Shown: piece by piece, positions 28,286 through 32,000 of the stretch | How positions within the stretch are numbered: the stretch's first letter is position 1 | Layout: each line of letters starts with the position of its first letter | Notes under the pieces: generated by a model | Database searches by the model: none | The model's input: the letters and a program-made list of their open reading frames with translations, nothing else | What the model was told of the DNA's origin: nothing | Program-made: the position numbers and the translations under genes | Assembly: GCA_942492995.1 (NCBI GenBank) | Contig: OW818653.1 | Coordinates: 750,001-782,000, forward strand | Reading direction: 5' to 3' | DNA from: an uncultured Erysipelotrichaceae bacterium | GTDB taxonomy: Bacteria > Bacillota_I > Bacilli_A > Erysipelotrichales > Erysipelotrichaceae | DNA length: 32,000 nucleotides

Positions 28286-31200
28286 TCACAGAGATTGGGT
28301 ATTAAACGAACGAGATTCAAGGACACGGACAATTGCGGATGCGGTATCAAGACTTGTAAATAATGCGATTCCATGTTCAATAGCTTTATGTCGAATAATG
28401 AATCCATCTGAATTCTGATCTTTATCTTTGCCCATTGTGTTGATTACCATATCAAACGCATTACGTTCGATTAATTCAAGTAGATTATGTGAACCAACTT
28501 CTAATATTTTTGAGACGAGTTCAACTTTTAATCCATTTTGAATGAATAGATTATATGTACCCTTTGTCGCAAAGAGTTTAAATCCAATATGTGATAATCG
28601 TTTTGCGAGACGTGTAGCATCTTCTTTATTTGTATCATCGATGGTAAAGAGAATGTTTCCATGATCACTTAATGTATAACCACTTGCGGAGAACGCTTTA
28701 TAGAGTGCTTTATCTAAGGTTATATCAGAGCCCATAACTTCACCTGTTGATTTCATTTCAGGTCCTAAATACGAATCGACTGATTTTAATTTGGTAAACG
28801 AAAATACCGGTGCTTTTACATGAACAAGTTTTGATTCTGAATATAATCCATTTTGATATCCCAACTCAATTAGCGTTTTACCAAGAATAACTTGGGTCGC
28901 GACTTGTGCCATTGGGATATTGGTTACCTTACTTAAGAATGGTACTGTACGTGAAGCACGAGGATTAACTTCAATAACATATACATTCTCTTCATGGATA
29001 ATGAACTGTATATTCATCATACCGATGCACTTTAATCCAAGAGCGAGCTTACATGTAATTGTTTCTATTTCTTGTTTGATTTTTTGACTTAGACTTTGCG
29101 GAGGATATACTGCCATCGAGTCACCAGAATGTATACCTGCACGTTCGATGTGCTCCATAATCCCTGGAATTAAAACTGTTTTCCCATCACAAATCGCATC
29201 TACTTCACATTCTTTACCTTGTAAGTAACGATCGATTAGAATTGGTCGATTTGGTGATGCGAGCACTGCATTTATCATGTAATGTTCAAGATTGGTTTGA
29301 TTTTCTACGATCTCCATAGCTTGTCCTCCAATCACATAACTTGGACGAACCAATACTGGATAACCGATTCGATTTGCGACAATGATTGCCTCTTCTGTTG
29401 TCTTAACTGCTGCACCAAGTGGTTGATCAATGTGTAATTCTTGAAGTGCTTTTTCGAAGAGTTTTCGATCTTCTGCCACATCCAAATCTTTAACAGATGT
29501 TCCTAGTATTTTAATGCCTAATTTATCGAGTGGTTCTGCAAGGTTAATCGCAGTTTGTCCTCCAAATTGAACAATTACACCGATTGGATTTTCTAAATCG
29601 ATTACATTTAATACATCTTCTAAGGTTAATGGTTCAAAGTATAATTTATCCGCTATTGAGAAATCAGTTGATACTGTCTCCGGATTAGAGTTAATGATAA
29701 TTGCCTCATAACCAGCTTTTTGAATTGCCTTAACACAATGGACTGTCGCATAATCGAATTCAATCCCTTGTCCAATTCGAATTGGACCTGATCCTAACAC
29801 AAGTACAGATGGCTTATTACTTACGATACTTTCATTCTCAAATTCATAGGTAGAATAGAAATACGGTGTTTCTGAACTAAATTCTGCCGCACAGGTATCA
29901 ACCATTTTATAAACAGGAATTATATTGTTTTTTAAACGTAGCTCACGGATAACGTTTGTCGTAGTTCCCCAACATTGTGCAATCATTCGATCTGAAAAAC
30001 CATATCGTTTTAAATCAATTAATAAATCTATATTATTAATATTTATGATCGCTTCATTCTCTAGCTCAATCACATGCGAAAGTTTATCTAAGAAGAATAG
30101 ATCAATTTTCGTAATTGCATGTATTTCTTCAATTGAATATCCGCGTCTTAGTGCTTCCGCAACATAAAACAAACGATCATCTTCAGCTTTAATAAGTTTA
30201 AACGCGATCGTTTCATTGGATACGTGTTTTGTCTCTTCAATTTGAATATAGTACGCTCCAATCTCCAGAGATCGAACTGCTTTTAATAAGGCTTCTTCGA
30301 GCGTTCTACCCATCGCCATAACTTCGCCAGTTGCTTTCATCTGTGTGCCTAAGCGACGATCACCCTTCGTGAACTTATCAAATGGCCAACGTGGTATTTT
30401 AGCAACGACATAATCAAGTGTTGGTTCGAATTGAGCGAATGTCGTTAGTGTTACAGGATTCTTGATTTCGTCTAACGTTAATCCAACCGCAATCTTCGCC
30501 GCAATTTTCGCAATAGGATAACCTGTCGCTTTAGATGCGAGTGCAGATGAACGTGATACACGAGGATTAACTTCAATTACGTAATAGTTATAACTGTTTG
30601 GATCTAGTGCTAATTGAACATTACATCCCCCTTCTATTTTAAGTGAACGGATAATCTTTAATGACGCATCACGAAGCAGTTGGTATTCGACATCCGTTAA
30701 TGTCTGACTAGGCGCAAATACGATTGAATCACCGGTATGGATCCCTACAGGATCGAAGTTTTCCATATTACACACGACAATCGCATTATCTGCTTTATCA
30801 CGCATTACTTCATATTCAATTTCTTTATAACCGGCAATACTGACTTCGATTAAACATTGATGAACCGGTGATATTTTTAATCCATTTTCAACAATCGTCT
30901 CTAAGATTTCACTTGTTTCACAAATGCCACCACCCGTTCCACCTAAGGTATAAGCAGGTCTAACGATAACTGGATAACCAATTTTATTCGCAAAGTCTAA
31001 CGCTTCATTAATTGTATGTACAATTGTGCTTTCTGGCACAGGTTCATTGATTTCTAACATCAGTGATTTGAATAATTCACGATCTTCTGCTTCTTTAATC
31101 GCTTTGAGTTTAGTCCCTAATAACTCAATCTTTAATTCATCGAGAATACCAGATTCCGCAAGTTCTAACGCCATATTCAAACCTGTTTGACCACCAAGGG

Positions 31201-31465
31201 TTGCGAGTATCGCATCAGGTCTTTCTTTACGTAATATTCGTGACATAAATTCAAGAGTTAAGGGTTCAATATAAACACGATCTGCCATTTCTTTGTCCGT
31301 CATTATCGTTGCAGGATTTGAATTAACTAAGATAACTTCATAGCCTTCTTCACGCAATGATAAACATGCTTGTGTCCCTGCATAATCAAACTCAGCAGCT
31401 TGTCCTATGATAATTGGTCCTGAACCAATGACAAGAATGCGATGTATATCAGAACGTTTAGGCAT
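28286..31465 (-). CDS. carB: carbamoyl-phosphate synthase large subunit
   Basis: 1059 aa with duplicated ATP-grasp halves. Both begin with the GSGPIxIGQ motif: [19 protein letters not shown] and [19 protein letters not shown]. An MGS-like C-terminus is present and the stop is TGA. Confidence 0.95.
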   Translation of the reverse strand: MPKRSDIHRILVIGSGPIIIGQAAEFDYAGTQACLSLREEGYEVILVNSNPATIMTDKEMADRVYIEPLTLEFMSRILRKERPDAILATLGGQTGLNMALELAESGILDELKIELLGTKLKAIKEAEDRELFKSLMLEINEPVPESTIVHTINEALDFANKIGYPVIVRPAYTLGGTGGGICETSEILETIVENGLKISPVHQCLIEVSIAGYKEIEYEVMRDKADNAIVVCNMENFDPVGIHTGDSIVFAPSQTLTDVEYQLLRDASLKIIRSLKIEGGCNVQLALDPNSYNYYVIEVNPRVSRSSALASKATGYPIAKIAAKIAVGLTLDEIKNPVTLTTFAQFEPTLDYVVAKIPRWPFDKFTKGDRRLGTQMKATGEVMAMGRTLEEALLKAVRSLEIGAYYIQIEETKHVSNETIAFKLIKAEDDRLFYVAEALRRGYSIEEIHAITKIDLFFLDKLSHVIELENEAIININNIDLLIDLKRYGFSDRMIAQCWGTTTNVIRELRLKNNIIPVYKMVDTCAAEFSSETPYFYSTYEFENESIVSNKPSVLVLGSGPIRIGQGIEFDYATVHCVKAIQKAGYEAIIINSNPETVSTDFSIADKLYFEPLTLEDVLNVIDLENPIGVIVQFGGQTAINLAEPLDKLGIKILGTSVKDLDVAEDRKLFEKALQELHIDQPLGAAVKTTEEAIIVANRIGYPVLVRPSYVIGGQAMEIVENQTNLEHYMINAVLASPNRPILIDRYLQGKECEVDAICDGKTVLIPGIMEHIERAGIHSGDSMAVYPPQSLSQKIKQEIETITCKLALGLKCIGMMNIQFIIHEENVYVIEVNPRASRTVPFLSKVTNIPMAQVATQVILGKTLIELGYQNGLYSESKLVHVKAPVFSFTKLKSVDSYLGPEMKSTGEVMGSDITLDKALYKAFSASGYTLSDHGNILFTIDDTNKEDATRLAKRLSHIGFKLFATKGTYNLFIQNGLKVELVSKILEVGSHNLLELIERNAFDMVINTMGKDKDQNSDGFIIRHKAIEHGIALFTSLDTASAIVRVLESRSFNTQSL

Positions 31466-32000
31466 GTTTTTTCTCCTTAAATGTATCCATCATTTCCATA
31501 AATTCATCAAAGATATGAACTCCATCATGTGGACCTGGCGTCGCATCTGGATGAAACTGCACACTAAAAGCAGGATATGTACGATGACGTATACCTTCTA
31601 CAGTGCCATCATTTAATTCTGTATGGGTAATAAATAGTTTTGATTTATCAATACTCTTAGGATCGACTGTATAACCATGGTTTTGTGACGTAAAGTTAAT
31701 CTTACCTGTCGCTATTTCAAGTACTGGATGATTGAATCCACGATGTCCATATTTTAGTTTAAACGTATCCGCATCATTCGCTAATGCAAGAAGTTGATGT
31801 CCTAAACATATCCCAAAGATTGGGACTTGACCCATTAACTCACGAATCATTTGTATCGCATGTGGGACATCTTTTGGATCACCAGGACCATTTGTTAACA
31901 TAACTCCATCAGGATGTTGATCTAATACATCGCTTGATGTAGCGGTGTGAGGTAGAACTGTACAATCACATTGACGTAAGCTGAGTTCTCTTAAGATACT
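31458..32000 (-). CDS. carA: carbamoyl-phosphate synthase small (glutaminase) subunit; N-terminus outside the window
   Basis: The frame is open to base 32000, where translation reads [42 protein letters not shown]. The triad context GICLGHQ...HGY is present. It overlaps the carB start by 8 nt. Confidence 0.92.
   Translation of the reverse strand, partial: SILRELSLRQCDCTVLPHTATSSDVLDQHPDGVMLTNGPGDPKDVPHAIQMIRELMGQVPIFGICLGHQLLALANDADTFKLKYGHRGFNHPVLEIATGKINFTSQNHGYTVDPKSIDKSKLFITHTELNDGTVEGIRHRTYPAFSVQFHPDATPGPHDGVHIFDEFMEMMDTFKEKKHA

Overview
This is a 32-kb chromosomal segment from a low-GC Gram-positive (Bacillota-type) genome. It uses the standard bacterial code: TGA serves as a stop (for example at carB) and Trp is TGG. 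Shine-Dalgarno sites are strong and GGAGG-like, and many adjacent genes overlap as ATGA or TAATG. I support 35 protein-coding genes, 32 of them on the minus strand. In coordinate order they are: gnd (cut by the window edge), a nitroreductase, and the tdh-kbl threonine-catabolism pair. Next come DegV with a 115-aa unknown, a short divergent thymidylate-synthase-fold protein, a PAS-like/GAF/GGDEF diguanylate cyclase, and a YczE-like membrane protein. Then a MarR-MATE efflux operon, an orphan GH1 6-phospho-beta-glucosidase, and a four-gene operon (Gfo/Idh/MocA, 96-aa unknown, DUF1697, ABM). The only plus-strand unit is a MarR plus heterodimeric ABC exporter operon. After it lie a string of small membrane or stress-type genes (two are missing from the ORF track), an orphan Phd/YefM-like antitoxin, a 104-aa coiled-coil protein and a CarD-family regulator. 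The window ends with a MacB/FtsX-type ABC pair with a 987-aa permease, a polytopic membrane protein, and the distal pyrimidine operon carA(partial)-carB-pyrK-pyrD-pyrF-pyrE. I found no tRNA, rRNA, CRISPR array, transposase, integrase or obvious prophage. Intergenic space is small, and the longest gaps are about 205 and 177 bp. I see no clear-cut novel multi-gene system. The most unusual items are the ThyA-fold protein that appears to lack the phosphate-binding arginines, the MacB-type permease with a built-in heptad-repeat coiled coil and no membrane-fusion partner, the orphan antitoxin-like gene with a structured AT-rich control region, and the unannotated micro-ORFs. All function calls rest on by-eye motif recognition and need HMM or BLAST confirmation.
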